From: a virus
Lineage: Duplodnaviria; Heunggongvirae; Uroviricota; Caudoviricetes
IMG/VR virus record: IMGVR_UViG_2778261247_000004
Strand: one strand, 5' to 3'
Length of the DNA stretch: 26,352 nt
Shown here piece by piece: positions 7,161 through 17,155 of this stretch. Under the pieces are notes generated by a model that saw only the letters and a program-made list of their open reading frames with translations, did not search any database and was not told the origin of the DNA. Position numbers and translations under genes: made by a program. Every line of letters begins with the position of its first letter. The first letter of the stretch is position 1.

Positions 7161-7193
7161 GCGAAAAATGAAATTTAACCAGGAGTGCCGCAT

Positions 7194-7688
7194 ATGGCTG
7201 GAACGGCGGGGCGTTCCGGGCGTCGCCCCAAGCCAACGGCGCGCAAGGCGCTGGCCGGAAACCCCGGCAAGCGAGCCCTGAACAAAGATGAACCTGTTTT
7301 TACGCCCATCAAAGGTGTTGAGCCACCGGAGTGGTTCGCTGAAGAAGATCTCCCTCTCGCCACGATCATGTGGCAACTGACAACCAAAGAACTCTGCGGT
7401 CAGGGCCTGCTGTGCGTGACTGACCTCGCGGTGCTTGAGCGGTGGTGCGTGGCCTATGAGTTCTGGCGACGTGCTGTGAAAAATATTGCCATACAGGGCA
7501 ATACCATCACCGGCGCAATGGGCGGCAGGGTCAAAAATCCGGAGCTGACAGCCAAAAAAGAACAGGAGTCCGAGATGAGCAGCACGGGGGCAATGCTCGG
7601 ACTCGACCCCAGCAGCCGTCAGCGTCTGATTGGCCTGGCGGGGCAGAAGAAAGCCACTAACCCGTTTCTGAAAATCATCGAATCATGA
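7194..7688 (+). CDS. Terminase small subunit (P27 family)
   Basis: RBS AGGAG 8 nt upstream of ATG 7194 (track alternative GTG 7185). Basic N-terminus ([22 protein letters not shown]) typical of P27-family TerS. Directly precedes TerL with a 4-nt overlap. Confidence 0.8.
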   Translation: MAGTAGRSGRRPKPTARKALAGNPGKRALNKDEPVFTPIKGVEPPEWFAEEDLPLATIMWQLTTKELCGQGLLCVTDLAVLERWCVAYEFWRRAVKNIAIQGNTITGAMGGRVKNPELTAKKEQESEMSSTGAMLGLDPSSRQRLIGLAGQKKATNPFLKIIES

Positions 7689-9418
7689 GCCGGAAATCTT
7701 ACCCCAACGTAAATGCTGCCAATCAGTATGCCCGGGATGTCGTGCGCGGAAAGATTGTGGCCTGCCAGTTTGTGATTCAGGCCTGCCAGCGCCATCTTGA
7801 TGACCTGATGGCGGAAAAAAGTAAGTCGTTTCGTTACCGCTTCGACAAGGACCTGGCTGAACGGGCCGCCAAATTTATTCAGCTGTTGCCGCACACCAAG
7901 GGTGAGTGGGCATTTAAGAGGATGCCCATCACGCTGGAGCCGTGGCAGCTCTTTGTGATCTGCTGCGCGTTTGGCTGGGTCAATAAAGGCTCCCGGCTGC
8001 GCCGCTTCCGGGAGGTGTATACCGAAATCCCCCGTAAGAACGGCAAATCGGCAATCTCTGCCGGTGTTGCCCTGTATTGTTTTGCCTGTGATAACGAGTT
8101 TGGCGCGGAAGTGTATTCCGGTGCCACGACAGAGAAACAGGCGTGGGAAGTCTTTCGCCCGGCTCGACTGATGTGTAAACGCACACCCATGCTGACGGAA
8201 GCGTTCGGGATTGAGGTTAACGCCTCAAACATGAACCGTCCGGAGGATGGCGCGCGGTTTGAACCGCTGATCGGTAACCCCGGTGATGGTTCATCACCCC
8301 ACTGTGCGGTGGTGGATGAATATCACGAGCACGCCACCGATGCGCTTTACACCACGATGCTTACCGGGATGGGGGCGCGACGTCAGCCACTGATGTGGGC
8401 TATCACCACCGCCGGGTACAACATTGAGGGGCCGTGCTACGACAAGCGGCGGGAAGTCATCGAGATGCTCAATGGCTCGGTGCCTAACGATGAACTGTTC
8501 GGGATCATCTATACCGTTGATGAAGGTGACGACTGGACCGACCCGCAGGTGCTGGAAAAAGCCAATCCAAATATTGGCGTGTCGGTTTATCGCGAATTTT
8601 TGTTAAGTCAGCAGCAGCGTGCGAAAAATAACGCCCGTCTGGCAAACGTCTTTAAAACAAAACACCTCAATATCTGGGTGTCGGCGCGTTCGGCGTATTT
8701 CAACCTGGTGAGCTGGCAGAGCTGCGAGGATAAATCACTGACCCTTGAGCAGTTCGAGGGGCAGCCGTGCATTCTGGCCTTTGACCTGGCGCGTAAGCTG
8801 GATATGAACAGCATGGCGCGACTTTATACCCGCGAGATTGACGGTAAAACGCATTACTACAGTGTGGCCCCGCGTTTCTGGGTACCGTATGACACGGTGT
8901 ACAGCGTCGAGAAAAATGAAGATCGACGGACAGCCGAACGCTTTCAGAAATGGGTGGAAATGGGCGTTCTGACCGTTACCGATGGTGCGGAGGTGGATTA
9001 TCGCTACATCCTCGAGGAGGCCAAAGCGGCGAACAAAATCAGCCCGGTCAGTGAGTCACCCATCGACCCCTTCGGGGCGACCGGGTTGTCACATGACCTT
9101 GCTGATGAAGACCTGAACCCCATCACTATCATTCAGAACTACACCAACATGTCCGACCCGATGAAAGAGCTGGAAGCGGCAATTGAATCGGGGCGCTTTC
9201 ATCATGATGGCAATCCCATCATGACCTGGTGTATCGGCAACGTGGTCGGCAAAACCATTCCGGGTAACGATGATGTGGTGAAACCCGTCAAAGAGCAGGC
9301 GGAAAACAAAATCGATGGTGCAGTTGCGCTGATTATGGCGGTTGGCAGAGCCATGTTGTACGAGAAAGAAGACACGCTGTCTGACCACATTGAGTCCTAC
9401 GGGATCCGCTCGCTTTAA
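7685..9418 (+). CDS. Terminase large subunit
   Basis: 577 aa; size, position and ATPase/nuclease-like organisation consistent with HK97-type TerL. Start overlaps the TerS stop. Confidence 0.9.
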   Translation: MSRKSYPNVNAANQYARDVVRGKIVACQFVIQACQRHLDDLMAEKSKSFRYRFDKDLAERAAKFIQLLPHTKGEWAFKRMPITLEPWQLFVICCAFGWVNKGSRLRRFREVYTEIPRKNGKSAISAGVALYCFACDNEFGAEVYSGATTEKQAWEVFRPARLMCKRTPMLTEAFGIEVNASNMNRPEDGARFEPLIGNPGDGSSPHCAVVDEYHEHATDALYTTMLTGMGARRQPLMWAITTAGYNIEGPCYDKRREVIEMLNGSVPNDELFGIIYTVDEGDDWTDPQVLEKANPNIGVSVYREFLLSQQQRAKNNARLANVFKTKHLNIWVSARSAYFNLVSWQSCEDKSLTLEQFEGQPCILAFDLARKLDMNSMARLYTREIDGKTHYYSVAPRFWVPYDTVYSVEKNEDRRTAERFQKWVEMGVLTVTDGAEVDYRYILEEAKAANKISPVSESPIDPFGATGLSHDLADEDLNPITIIQNYTNMSDPMKELEAAIESGRFHHDGNPIMTWCIGNVVGKTIPGNDDVVKPVKEQAENKIDGAVALIMAVGRAMLYEKEDTLSDHIESYGIRSL

Positions 9419-9429
9419 CTGAGGTAATT

Positions 9430-9612
9430 ATGATCATGCTGATTCTCGCGCCTCTGGTGGGCGTGCTGGGTGCGCTTTTGCTGGCATATGGTGCCTGGCT
9501 GATTTATCCCCCGGCGGGTTTTGTTGTTGCCGGGGCGCTGTGCCTGTTCTGGTCGTGGCTGGTGGCGCGATATCTCGATCGTACACAGCTGTCTGTCGGC
9601 GGAGGTAAATAG
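9430..9612 (+). CDS. Hypothetical small membrane protein (two predicted TM helices)
   Basis: 60 aa, very hydrophobic ([26 protein letters not shown]...[15 protein letters not shown]). Between TerL and portal; stop overlaps the portal GTG start. Confidence 0.4.
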   Translation: MIMLILAPLVGVLGALLLAYGAWLIYPPAGFVVAGALCLFWSWLVARYLDRTQLSVGGGK

Positions 9613-10853
9613 TGTTCTTTTCGGGATTATTTCAACGAAAAAGTGACGCGCCGGTGACCACGCCAGCAGAGCTGGCGGAGGCTATCGGGCTGTCATACGA
9701 CACCTATACCGGAAAGCAGATCAGCAGCCAGCGGGCCATGCGACTGACGGCGGTTTTTTCCTGCGTCAGGGTGCTGGCAGAGTCGGTCGGGATGTTGCCC
9801 TGCAATCTGTATCACCTGAACGGCAGCCTGAAACAGAGGGCCACCGGCGAACGTCTGCATAAGCTGATCTCCACGCATCCCAATGGCTATATGACGCCGC
9901 AGGAGTTCTGGGAGCTGGTGGTCACCTGTCTGTGCCTGCGGGGAAACTTTTACGCCTACAAAGTGAAAGCATTTGGCGAAGTGGCTGAACTGCTGCCCGT
10001 CGATCCTGGCTGTGTGGTACCGAAGCTTAACAGTAGCTGGGAGCCGGTCTATCAGGTCACATTCTCGGACGGCTCCACGGATGTGCTGAGCCAGGAAGAT
10101 ATCTGGCATGTGCGCACGCTGACGCTGGACGGTCTGGTGGGGCTGAATCCCATCGCCTATGCCCGCGAGGCAATATCGCTGGCAGCTGCGACCGAAGAGC
10201 ACGGGGCCAGACTGTTCAGCAATGGTGCGGTGACGTCGGGTGTGTTGCGTACAGAGCAGACGCTGTCAGATCAGGCTTACGAGCGCCTGAAGAAAGATTT
10301 TGAGGAGCGTCACACCGGGCTTGGTAATGCTCACCGCCCGATGATCCTTGAGATGGGGCTGGACTGGAAGTCGATGGCGCTGAACGCCGAGGACAGCCAG
10401 TTCCTGGAAACCCGCAAGTTTCAGCTTGAAGAAATCTGTCGTCTGTTCCGGGTGCCGTTGCACATGGTGCAGAACACCGATCGCGCCACCTTCAACAATA
10501 TTGAAGAGCTGGGGCTGGGATTTATCAACTATTCACTGGTGCCGTATCTGACCCGCATCGAGCAGCGGATCAACACCGGACTGGTTCGAAAAAGTAAGCA
10601 GGGCGTTTATTACGCCAAATTTAACGCCGGGGCGTTACTGCGCGGGGATATGAAGTCCCGTTTTGAAGCCTACGCCACCGGGATTAACTGGGGAATTTAC
10701 TCTCCCAATGACTGCCGCGACCTGGAAGATATGAATCCCCGTCCCGGTGGGGATGTCTATCTCACACCGATGAACATGACCACGAAACCCTCCGATGGCA
10801 GTAAAGCCGGTAAGCAGAAGGATAACGCCAATGCAGACGAAACAACGTCTTGA
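9612..10853 (+). CDS. Portal protein (HK97 family)
   Basis: 413 aa from GTG 9612 with RBS GGAGG 6 nt upstream. Position between terminase and prohead protease; HK97-family portal-like sequence. Confidence 0.9.
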   Translation: MFFSGLFQRKSDAPVTTPAELAEAIGLSYDTYTGKQISSQRAMRLTAVFSCVRVLAESVGMLPCNLYHLNGSLKQRATGERLHKLISTHPNGYMTPQEFWELVVTCLCLRGNFYAYKVKAFGEVAELLPVDPGCVVPKLNSSWEPVYQVTFSDGSTDVLSQEDIWHVRTLTLDGLVGLNPIAYAREAISLAAATEEHGARLFSNGAVTSGVLRTEQTLSDQAYERLKKDFEERHTGLGNAHRPMILEMGLDWKSMALNAEDSQFLETRKFQLEEICRLFRVPLHMVQNTDRATFNNIEELGLGFINYSLVPYLTRIEQRINTGLVRKSKQGVYYAKFNAGALLRGDMKSRFEAYATGINWGIYSPNDCRDLEDMNPRPGGDVYLTPMNMTTKPSDGSKAGKQKDNANADETTS

Positions 10854-11481
10854 TGTACCGCTGAGTCTGAAATCTGTCAGTGACTCCGGTGAGTTTGAAG
10901 GGTATGGCTCCGTCTTTGGTGTAAAGGACAGCCACGATGATGTGGTGATGTCCGGGGCATTTGCTGCTTCCCTGCGGGCGTGGAGTGACAGAAAAGCGTT
11001 ACCTGCGCTGCTCTGGCAGCACCGCATGGATGAACCCATCGGTGTTTACACCGAAATGAAGGAAGACGATGTCGGGCTTTACGTCAGGGGACGGTTGCTT
11101 ATTGATGATGATCCCCTCGCAAAACGCGCACATGCACACATGAAGGCCGGTTCGTTAACCGGCCTTTCTATTGGGTACGTCCTGAAAGACTGGGAATACG
11201 ACCGGAGCAAAGAAGCCTTTCTGCTGAAAGAAATCGACCTCTGGGAAGTCAGCCTGGTGACGTTCCCGTCTAACGACGAGGCGCGGATCAGCGACGTCAA
11301 GAACGCACTGGCCCGCGGGGAAATCCCCGAACAGAAAAAAATCGAAAGAGTCCTGCGTGATGTCGGACTCTCCCGTACCCAGGCCAAAGCATTCATGGCC
11401 GGGGGCTATGGCGCACTGTCCCTGCGCGACGCTGAGGATGTGGGCTCTGCACTGAATGCACTGAAAAATCTGAACTTCTAA
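10831..11481 (+). CDS. Prohead maturation protease (HK97 gp4 family)
   Basis: Likely start ATG 10831 (track ORF starts 10795), overlapping the portal 3' end. HK97-type prohead protease features; position between portal and major capsid. Confidence 0.85.
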   Translation: MQTKQRLDVPLSLKSVSDSGEFEGYGSVFGVKDSHDDVVMSGAFAASLRAWSDRKALPALLWQHRMDEPIGVYTEMKEDDVGLYVRGRLLIDDDPLAKRAHAHMKAGSLTGLSIGYVLKDWEYDRSKEAFLLKEIDLWEVSLVTFPSNDEARISDVKNALARGEIPEQKKIERVLRDVGLSRTQAKAFMAGGYGALSLRDAEDVGSALNALKNLNF

Positions 11482-11495
11482 TCAGGAGAAATACG

Positions 11496-12701
11496 ATGGC
11501 GGTTGATATTAAAGATGTCGAACAGGTCGCGCAGGAGCTGCAGCAGAAGTTTGACGACTTCAAAGCAAAGAACGACAAGCGCGTGGATGCGATTGAGCAG
11601 GAAAAAGGCAAACTTGCCGGGCAGGTGGAAACCCTGAACGGGAAACTCAGCGAGCTGGAAAACCTCAAAAGCGATCTTGAAAAAGAGCTGCTTGAGCTGA
11701 AACGTCCGGCAGGTGGTGCACAAAATAAACTGGCCACCGAGCATAAAGAAGCGTTTGTGGGCTTCCTGCGTAAAGGCCGTGAAGATGGTCTGCGCGATCT
11801 GGAGCGCAAGGCATTGCAGGTGGGCACCGATGAAGACGGCGGCTATGCCGTGCCGGAAGCACTGGATCGCAACATTCTCACCCTGCTGAAAGATGAAGTG
11901 GTGATGCGCCAGGAAGCCACGGTGATCACCGTTGGTGGTTCCGACTACAAAAAACTGGTGAATCTGGGCGGCACGGCTTCCGGATGGGTTGGCGAGACTG
12001 ACGCGCGCTCCCAGACTGCCACCTCAAAACTGGGCCTGATTGAACCTTTCATGGGGGAAATCTACGGTAACCCGCAGGCCACCCAGAAAATGCTGGATGA
12101 TGCCTTTTTCAACGTGGAAGCATGGATCAACAGTGAGCTGGCAACCGAATTTGCCGAACAGGAAGAAATTGCCTTTACCACCGGCGATGGTACCAAGAAG
12201 CCGAAAGGGTTCCTGGCGTATGAATCCACTGATGAAACCGATAAGGTCCGGGCGTTCGGCAAACTTCAGCATATTGTATCCGGCGAAGCGACGGCGGTGA
12301 CCGCAGACGCCATTATCAAACTGATTTACACGCTGCGTAAGGCACACCGCACTGGCGCGAAGTTCATGATGAACAACAACAGCCTGTTTGCCATCCGTCT
12401 GCTTAAAGACAGCGAGGGTAACTATCTGTGGCGTCCGGGGCTGGAACTGGGGCAGCCGTCCTCTCTGGCGGGTTACGGTATCGCTGAAAACGAACAGATG
12501 CCGGATATCGCCGCTGATGCGAAAGCCATTGCATTTGGTAACTTCAAACGGGGTTACACCATCGTTGACCGTATCGGCACCCGCATTCTGCGTGACCCGT
12601 ACACCAATAAACCGTTTGTCGGTTTTTATACCACCAAGCGCACCGGCGGGATGCTGGTCGATTCGCAGGCCATCAAACTGCTGAAGATTGCAGCGGCGTA
12701 A
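11496..12701 (+). CDS. Major capsid protein (HK97 fold) with N-terminal coiled-coil delta domain
   Basis: 401 aa. N-terminal about 100 aa is a Lys/Glu-rich coiled coil (scaffolding-like delta domain) followed by a capsid domain. RBS AGGAG 7 nt upstream. Confidence 0.9.
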   Translation: MAVDIKDVEQVAQELQQKFDDFKAKNDKRVDAIEQEKGKLAGQVETLNGKLSELENLKSDLEKELLELKRPAGGAQNKLATEHKEAFVGFLRKGREDGLRDLERKALQVGTDEDGGYAVPEALDRNILTLLKDEVVMRQEATVITVGGSDYKKLVNLGGTASGWVGETDARSQTATSKLGLIEPFMGEIYGNPQATQKMLDDAFFNVEAWINSELATEFAEQEEIAFTTGDGTKKPKGFLAYESTDETDKVRAFGKLQHIVSGEATAVTADAIIKLIYTLRKAHRTGAKFMMNNNSLFAIRLLKDSEGNYLWRPGLELGQPSSLAGYGIAENEQMPDIAADAKAIAFGNFKRGYTIVDRIGTRILRDPYTNKPFVGFYTTKRTGGMLVDSQAIKLLKIAAA

Positions 12702-12708
12702 TCACTCA

Positions 12709-12728
12709 GGGGCGCGGAACCGCGCCCC
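12709..12728 (+). other. GC-rich stem-loop just downstream of the major capsid gene (weak terminator or RNA-stabilising hairpin)
   Basis: GGGCGCG-gaac-CGCGCCC hairpin with no following U-run. Confidence 0.3.
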
Positions 12729-12750
12729 CTGTTCTGACGGGTGAAGAATC

Positions 12751-12951
12751 ATGATCCTGAAACAAGATCTGAAATGGTCACCGGACGGTATGCGTGTTGA
12801 GGTCATTCGGGCCGGTGAGTATGACGATGGGGCGCTTCCTGCCCGGGTGCAGGAGATTGCACTTCAGGCCGGGTTAGCAGAGCGCGGAATCAGTGCAAAA
12901 AGCAGTAAAGCGGCAAAAGAGAAAAAAGCCACGACCAGTAAAGAGGGCTGA
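12751..12951 (+). CDS. Hypothetical small head-module protein
   Basis: 66 aa ORF between capsid and connector genes, Lys-rich C-terminus. No family recognised. Confidence 0.4.
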   Translation: MILKQDLKWSPDGMRVEVIRAGEYDDGALPARVQEIALQAGLAERGISAKSSKAAKEKKATTSKEG

Positions 12952-12953
12952 GT

Positions 12954-13277
12954 ATGCTTCTGACAATGGAAGAGATTAAAGCCCAACTCCGGCTGGATGA
13001 GGATTTCGATGCTGATGACCGCCATCTGCAACTGCTGGCCTGTGCGGCACAAAAGCGGACGGAAACGTATCTGAACCGGAAGCTCTATGCACCGGATGAA
13101 ACCATTCCGGACAGCGATCCGGACGGGCTGCACCTGCCGGATGATATTCGTCTGGGGATGCTGATGCTTATCAGCCATTTTTACGAAAACCGCTCGTCGG
13201 TTACGGAAGTGGAGAAACTCGACATGCCGCAGAGTTTTGGCTGGCTTGTCGGCCCGTACAGGTACTTTCCGCAATGA
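12954..13277 (+). CDS. Head-tail connector (gp6-like adaptor) protein
   Basis: 107 aa with the N-terminal MEEIKAQLRLDEDFDADD signature typical of gp6-like head-tail connector proteins. Position after the capsid gene. Confidence 0.75.
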   Translation: MLLTMEEIKAQLRLDEDFDADDRHLQLLACAAQKRTETYLNRKLYAPDETIPDSDPDGLHLPDDIRLGMLMLISHFYENRSSVTEVEKLDMPQSFGWLVGPYRYFPQ

Positions 13278-13684
13278 AAATTCGTCAGGCGCAGACCAGC
13301 GCAACCTACATTCTGCCGGACCCCGGTGAACTGAATAAACGCGTCCTGATCCGCCTGCGGGTGGATATGCCCGCGGATAACTTTGGCGTGGAGCCTCAAT
13401 ACCTGATTACGTTCCGGACATGGGCGAAGGTTATCCAGACCAGTGCCACCACCTGGCAGGAAACCGCGCAGACCGGGGACGCCATCACCCATTACATCAC
13501 CATTCGTTACCGCCGGGGGATTACCGCTGATTATGAGGTGGTCTGCGGTGACAGTGTGTACCGGGTGAAACGTCAGCGCGATCTGAACGGGGCGCGGCGC
13601 TTTCTGCTGCTGGAGTGTACGGAGCTGGGCGAATGTAGGCAGAGTCACGGAGGCAACAATGACGACTTCCTTTTTGCACGTTGA
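13274..13684 (+). CDS. Head closure / head-tail joining protein
   Basis: 136 aa; size and position (after the gp6-like adaptor) fit a head-tail joining protein. 3' end overlaps the next gene. Confidence 0.55.
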   Translation: MKIRQAQTSATYILPDPGELNKRVLIRLRVDMPADNFGVEPQYLITFRTWAKVIQTSATTWQETAQTGDAITHYITIRYRRGITADYEVVCGDSVYRVKRQRDLNGARRFLLLECTELGECRQSHGGNNDDFLFAR

Positions 13685-14165
13685 TTTTCAGCAGCCCGCG
13701 GAGATGCGCTTTAACCGCGCCCGTGTCCGGCGGGCGTTTGTCACGATTGGTCAGCGTCATATGCGTGATGCCCGTCGGCTGGTGATGCGCCGTGCGCGGT
13801 CGGCACCGGGTGAAAACCCCGGTTATCAGACCGGACGCCTGGCTCGTTCGATTGGTTACATGGTACCCAGAGCCAGTAAACATCGCCCTGGTTTTATGGC
13901 ACGTATAGCCCCTAACCAGCGTAATGGAGAGGGAAACCGCCGTATCACCGGTGATTTTTATCCGGCTTTTTTGTTCTATGGCGTGAGGCGAGGGGCAAAG
14001 CGTCGTCGCAGCCATCATCGTGGTGCATCCGGTGGCAGCGGCTGGCGACTGGCTCCACGTAATAACTTTATGGTGGAAACGCTTGAAAAGAACCGCAGCT
14101 GGACACGCTATTTTCTGGCGCGGGAATTACGTAAATCACTGAAGCCGGAGCGACGACGCAGATGA
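13659..14165 (+). CDS. HK97 gp10-like neck / tail-completion protein
   Basis: 168 aa with a GYQTGRLARSIGY motif like the HK97 gp10 family. Alternative start ATG 13704. Confidence 0.6.
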   Translation: MTTSFLHVDFQQPAEMRFNRARVRRAFVTIGQRHMRDARRLVMRRARSAPGENPGYQTGRLARSIGYMVPRASKHRPGFMARIAPNQRNGEGNRRITGDFYPAFLFYGVRRGAKRRRSHHRGASGGSGWRLAPRNNFMVETLEKNRSWTRYFLARELRKSLKPERRRR

Positions 14166-14722
14166 AACTGACGCCTGTTATTGCTGCGCTGCGTGCCCGC
14201 TGCCCGTATTTTGAAAACCGGGTGGCAGGCGCGGCACAGTTCAAAAATCTGCCGGAGGTCGGAAAGCTGAGACTCCCGGCGGCATATGTGGTACCGGGTG
14301 ATGACTCTCCGGGAGAAAACAAAAGCCAGACCGACTACTGGCAGGAGCTGAAAGAGGGCTTCTCCGTGGTTGTCATACTGAGTAACGGACGTGATGAGCG
14401 CGGTCAGTTTGCCTCGTATGATGTGGTGGACGATGTCCGGCAGATGCTCTTTAAGGCCCTGCTGGGCTGGAACCCGGAAGCGTGCGGTAACCCGATTACC
14501 TATGACGGCGGCACGCTGCTGGATCTGAATCGTCATGAGCTGATTTATCAGTTCGATTTTTCGGTCATCAGCGAGCTGACCGAAGACGATACCCGCCAGC
14601 AGGATGACCTGAACAGTCTGGATGAACTGCGAACGCTGGCGATTGATGTTGATTATCTCGATCCCGGTAACGGGTCTGACGGCGATATCGAACATCACAC
14701 CGAAATACCCCTTCCTTCCTGA
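14162..14722 (+). CDS. Tail terminator / tail completion protein (Mu-like, DUF1834-type)
   Basis: 186 aa immediately upstream of the DUF2635-sheath-tube block, the usual place for the tail terminator of Mu-like contractile tails. Confidence 0.5.
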   Translation: MKLTPVIAALRARCPYFENRVAGAAQFKNLPEVGKLRLPAAYVVPGDDSPGENKSQTDYWQELKEGFSVVVILSNGRDERGQFASYDVVDDVRQMLFKALLGWNPEACGNPITYDGGTLLDLNRHELIYQFDFSVISELTEDDTRQQDDLNSLDELRTLAIDVDYLDPGNGSDGDIEHHTEIPLPS

Positions 14723-14730
14723 GGATCATC

Positions 14731-14901
14731 ATGTTTGTGAAACCTGTTAAAGGGCGGTCAGTGCCTGACCCTGCCCGCGGCGACCTTTTGCCCGCCGAAG
14801 GGCGAAATGTTGATGAGAACAACTACTGGCTGCGCCGTGAAGCAGCGGGTGATATCCGGCGCGTGAATAAAAAGGTGAACACCGATGACGATAAGCTTTA
14901 A
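14731..14901 (+). CDS. Small DUF2635-like protein preceding the tail sheath (not in the supplied ORF track, under 60 aa)
   Basis: My own translation: MFVKPVKGRSVPDPARGDLLPAEGRNVDENNYWLRREAAGDIRRVNKKVNTDDDKL (56 aa). RBS GAGGA 5 nt upstream. Resembles the short conserved ORF found before Mu-like sheath genes. Overlaps the sheath start. Confidence 0.5.
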   Translation: MFVKPVKGRSVPDPARGDLLPAEGRNVDENNYWLRREAAGDIRRVNKKVNTDDDKL

Positions 14902-16381
14902 CACCATTCCGTCGAATACGCTGGTTCCGCTGTTTTATGCGGAAATGGATAACCAGGCTGCGAATACTGCACAGGACAGCGGAGCATCGCTGCTGATTGG
15001 TCATGCCAATAACGGTGCAGAGATTGTTGCCAACAGTCTGGTACTGATGCCGTCGGCAGACTATGCACGCCAGATTTGTGGTGCGGGAAGTCAGCTGGCG
15101 CGTATGGTCGAGGCTTATCGCCAGACTGACCCGTTTGGCGAGCTGTATGTGATTGCCGTTCCTGAATCCACAGGCGCGGCGGCAACGGTTACGCTGACGG
15201 TGACCGGGGCGGCAACCGAAACCGGCACGGTGAATGTGTATGTGGGACGTACCCGCGTGCAGGCACCGGTGACTAACGGCGATAACGTTACGATGATTGC
15301 CAGCAGTATCCAGGATGCCATCAATGCCGTTCCGACCCTGCCGTTTACGGCTTCATCTTCGGCAGGCGTGGTCACACTGACCGCGCGTCATAAGGGGCTT
15401 TGCGGGAATGAAATTCCTGTCAGCCTCAATTACTACGGCTTTGGTGGGGGCGAAGTGCTGCCAGCGGGCGTACAGATTGCCGTGGTGACGGGTACCGCCG
15501 GAACGGGTGCTCCGGTTCTCACCGGCGCTGTGGCTGCAATGGCGGATGAGCCGTTTGATTATATCGGCCTGCCGTTCAACGACACGGCCTCCGTTAACAC
15601 GCTGGTGACCGAGATGAACGATACCAGCGGTCGCTGGAGCTATGCGCGTCAGCTGTATGGTCATGTGTATACGGCAAAGACCGGCACGCTGTCAGAACTG
15701 GTGACCGCAGGTGACCAGTTTAACCAGCAGCACATTACCCTGGCGGGGTACGAAAAAGACACCCAGACGCCTGCCGACGAGCTGGCGGCAAGCCGTACCG
15801 CCCGCGCAGCGGTGTTTATCCGCAACGATCCGGCACGTCCCACGCAGACCGGTGAGCTGGTGGGTATGCTGCCTGCGCCGAAGGGGAAACGGTTCACGAT
15901 GACCGAACAAAAGACCCTGCTGTCTCATGGCGTGGCAACGGCGTATGTCGAAAGCGGGGTACTGCGCATTCAGCGTGATGTCACCACGTACAGGAAAAAC
16001 GCTTACGGGGTTGCGGATAACAGCTACCTCGACAGCGAGACGCTGCATACCAGTGCGTATGTACTGCGCAAACTGAAATCCGTCATTACCAGTAAGTACG
16101 GGCGTCACAAGCTTGCCAGCGACGGTACCCGCTTTGGTCCCGGTCAGGCGATTGTCACCCCGGCGGTGATCAAAGGGGAACTGCTGGCAACCTACCGTCA
16201 GCTTGAGCGTGCGGGGATCGTGGAAAACTACGAACTTTTTAAGCAGTACCTGGTTGTGGAGCGTGATGCCAGCGATCCGAACCGCCTGAACACGCTGTTC
16301 CCGCCTGACTATGTTAACCAGTTGCGTGTCTTTGCCGTGGTTAACCAGTTCCGTCTTCAGTATTCAGAGGAGTCCGCATAA
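14885..16381 (+). CDS. Contractile tail sheath protein (Mu gpL-like)
   Basis: 498 aa; size, composition and position directly upstream of the tube gene. Confidence 0.85.
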   Translation: MTISFNTIPSNTLVPLFYAEMDNQAANTAQDSGASLLIGHANNGAEIVANSLVLMPSADYARQICGAGSQLARMVEAYRQTDPFGELYVIAVPESTGAAATVTLTVTGAATETGTVNVYVGRTRVQAPVTNGDNVTMIASSIQDAINAVPTLPFTASSSAGVVTLTARHKGLCGNEIPVSLNYYGFGGGEVLPAGVQIAVVTGTAGTGAPVLTGAVAAMADEPFDYIGLPFNDTASVNTLVTEMNDTSGRWSYARQLYGHVYTAKTGTLSELVTAGDQFNQQHITLAGYEKDTQTPADELAASRTARAAVFIRNDPARPTQTGELVGMLPAPKGKRFTMTEQKTLLSHGVATAYVESGVLRIQRDVTTYRKNAYGVADNSYLDSETLHTSAYVLRKLKSVITSKYGRHKLASDGTRFGPGQAIVTPAVIKGELLATYRQLERAGIVENYELFKQYLVVERDASDPNRLNTLFPPDYVNQLRVFAVVNQFRLQYSEESA

Positions 16382-16737
16382 TGGCCCGTATCGGGGGAAC
16401 CTGTTATTTCAAAATTGACGGTCAGCAGCTATCGCTGACCGGCGGCATTGAGGTGCCCATGAACAGGACGGTCAATGATGACATCATCGGCCTGGACGGT
16501 TCAGTGGACCGCAAGGAAACTCACCGTGCGCCTTATGTTAAAGGGACCTTCAAGGTGCCGAAGAATTTTCCGGTGAGCAAAATCACCTCGTCTGATGAGA
16601 TGACCATCACTGCCGAGCTGGCGAACGGTCAGGTCTATGTACTGTCGTCTGCCTGGCTGCACGGCGAAGCGAACCATAATGCCGAAGAAGGGACGGTTGA
16701 TCTTGAGTTCCACGGTGAAGAAGGGGATTACCAGTAA
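16381..16737 (+). CDS. Tail tube protein (Mu gpM-like)
   Basis: 118 aa directly after the sheath gene; start ATG overlaps the sheath stop. Confidence 0.8.
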   Translation: MARIGGTCYFKIDGQQLSLTGGIEVPMNRTVNDDIIGLDGSVDRKETHRAPYVKGTFKVPKNFPVSKITSSDEMTITAELANGQVYVLSSAWLHGEANHNAEEGTVDLEFHGEEGDYQ

Positions 16738-17006
16738 TGAAAGAGCTTGAGTTAAAGAAACCGATTACCGCTCATGGCGAGACACTCTCCGTACTGGAGT
16801 TTGATGAGCCCACCGGGAAAGATGTCCGCGAGCTGGGGTATCCCTACCAGATGAATCAGGATGAGTCCGTCAGACTTCTGGCGCATGTGGTATCGAAATA
16901 CATTGTGCGGCTGGCGAAAGTGCCGCAAAACTCTGTCGACCAGATGTCTCCGGCAGACCTGAATGCTGCGGCGTGGCTTGTGGCTGGTTTTTTCCTCCAG
17001 GTCTGA
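16737..17006 (+). CDS. Tail assembly chaperone (short, in-frame product)
   Basis: 89 aa ORF immediately upstream of the tape measure gene (TAATG overlap with tube). Ends just after a TTTTTTC slippery heptamer. Confidence 0.7.
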   Translation: MKELELKKPITAHGETLSVLEFDEPTGKDVRELGYPYQMNQDESVRLLAHVVSKYIVRLAKVPQNSVDQMSPADLNAAAWLVAGFFLQV

Positions 17007-17155
17007 CGGCTGAATACCTCACTGATCGCTTCTTTGACTGCGCCAGCTACTGGCGCATTAATCCCTTCGAATTGCTGAATATGCCGATCAGTGAAATTCC
17101 CTTGCTGGTCAGTCAGGCAAACAGGATAGAGCAGGAGAAACGCACACATGGCTGA
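16737..17155 (+). CDS. Tail assembly chaperone, predicted -1 frameshift fusion product (lambda G/GT analogue)
   Basis: Slippery heptamer T_TTT_TTC at 16988-16994 in the 0 frame. The -1 frame (track ORF 16973-17155) stays open for about 54 more codons and ends inside the start of the tape measure gene. Confidence 0.5.

Noticed and set aside
11393-11827. 144-aa minus-strand ORF inside the major capsid gene
   Set aside because: Ser/Arg/Cys-rich nonsense-like translation, antisense to a confidently assigned capsid gene.
14108-14698. 196-aa minus-strand ORF antisense to the tail terminator gene (also 13521-14018, 15692-16108 and 19724-20221 on the minus strand)
   Set aside because: All lie antisense within a tightly packed, overlapping-junction + strand structural operon and lack RBS and motifs; long antisense ORFs are expected in GC-rich coding sequence.
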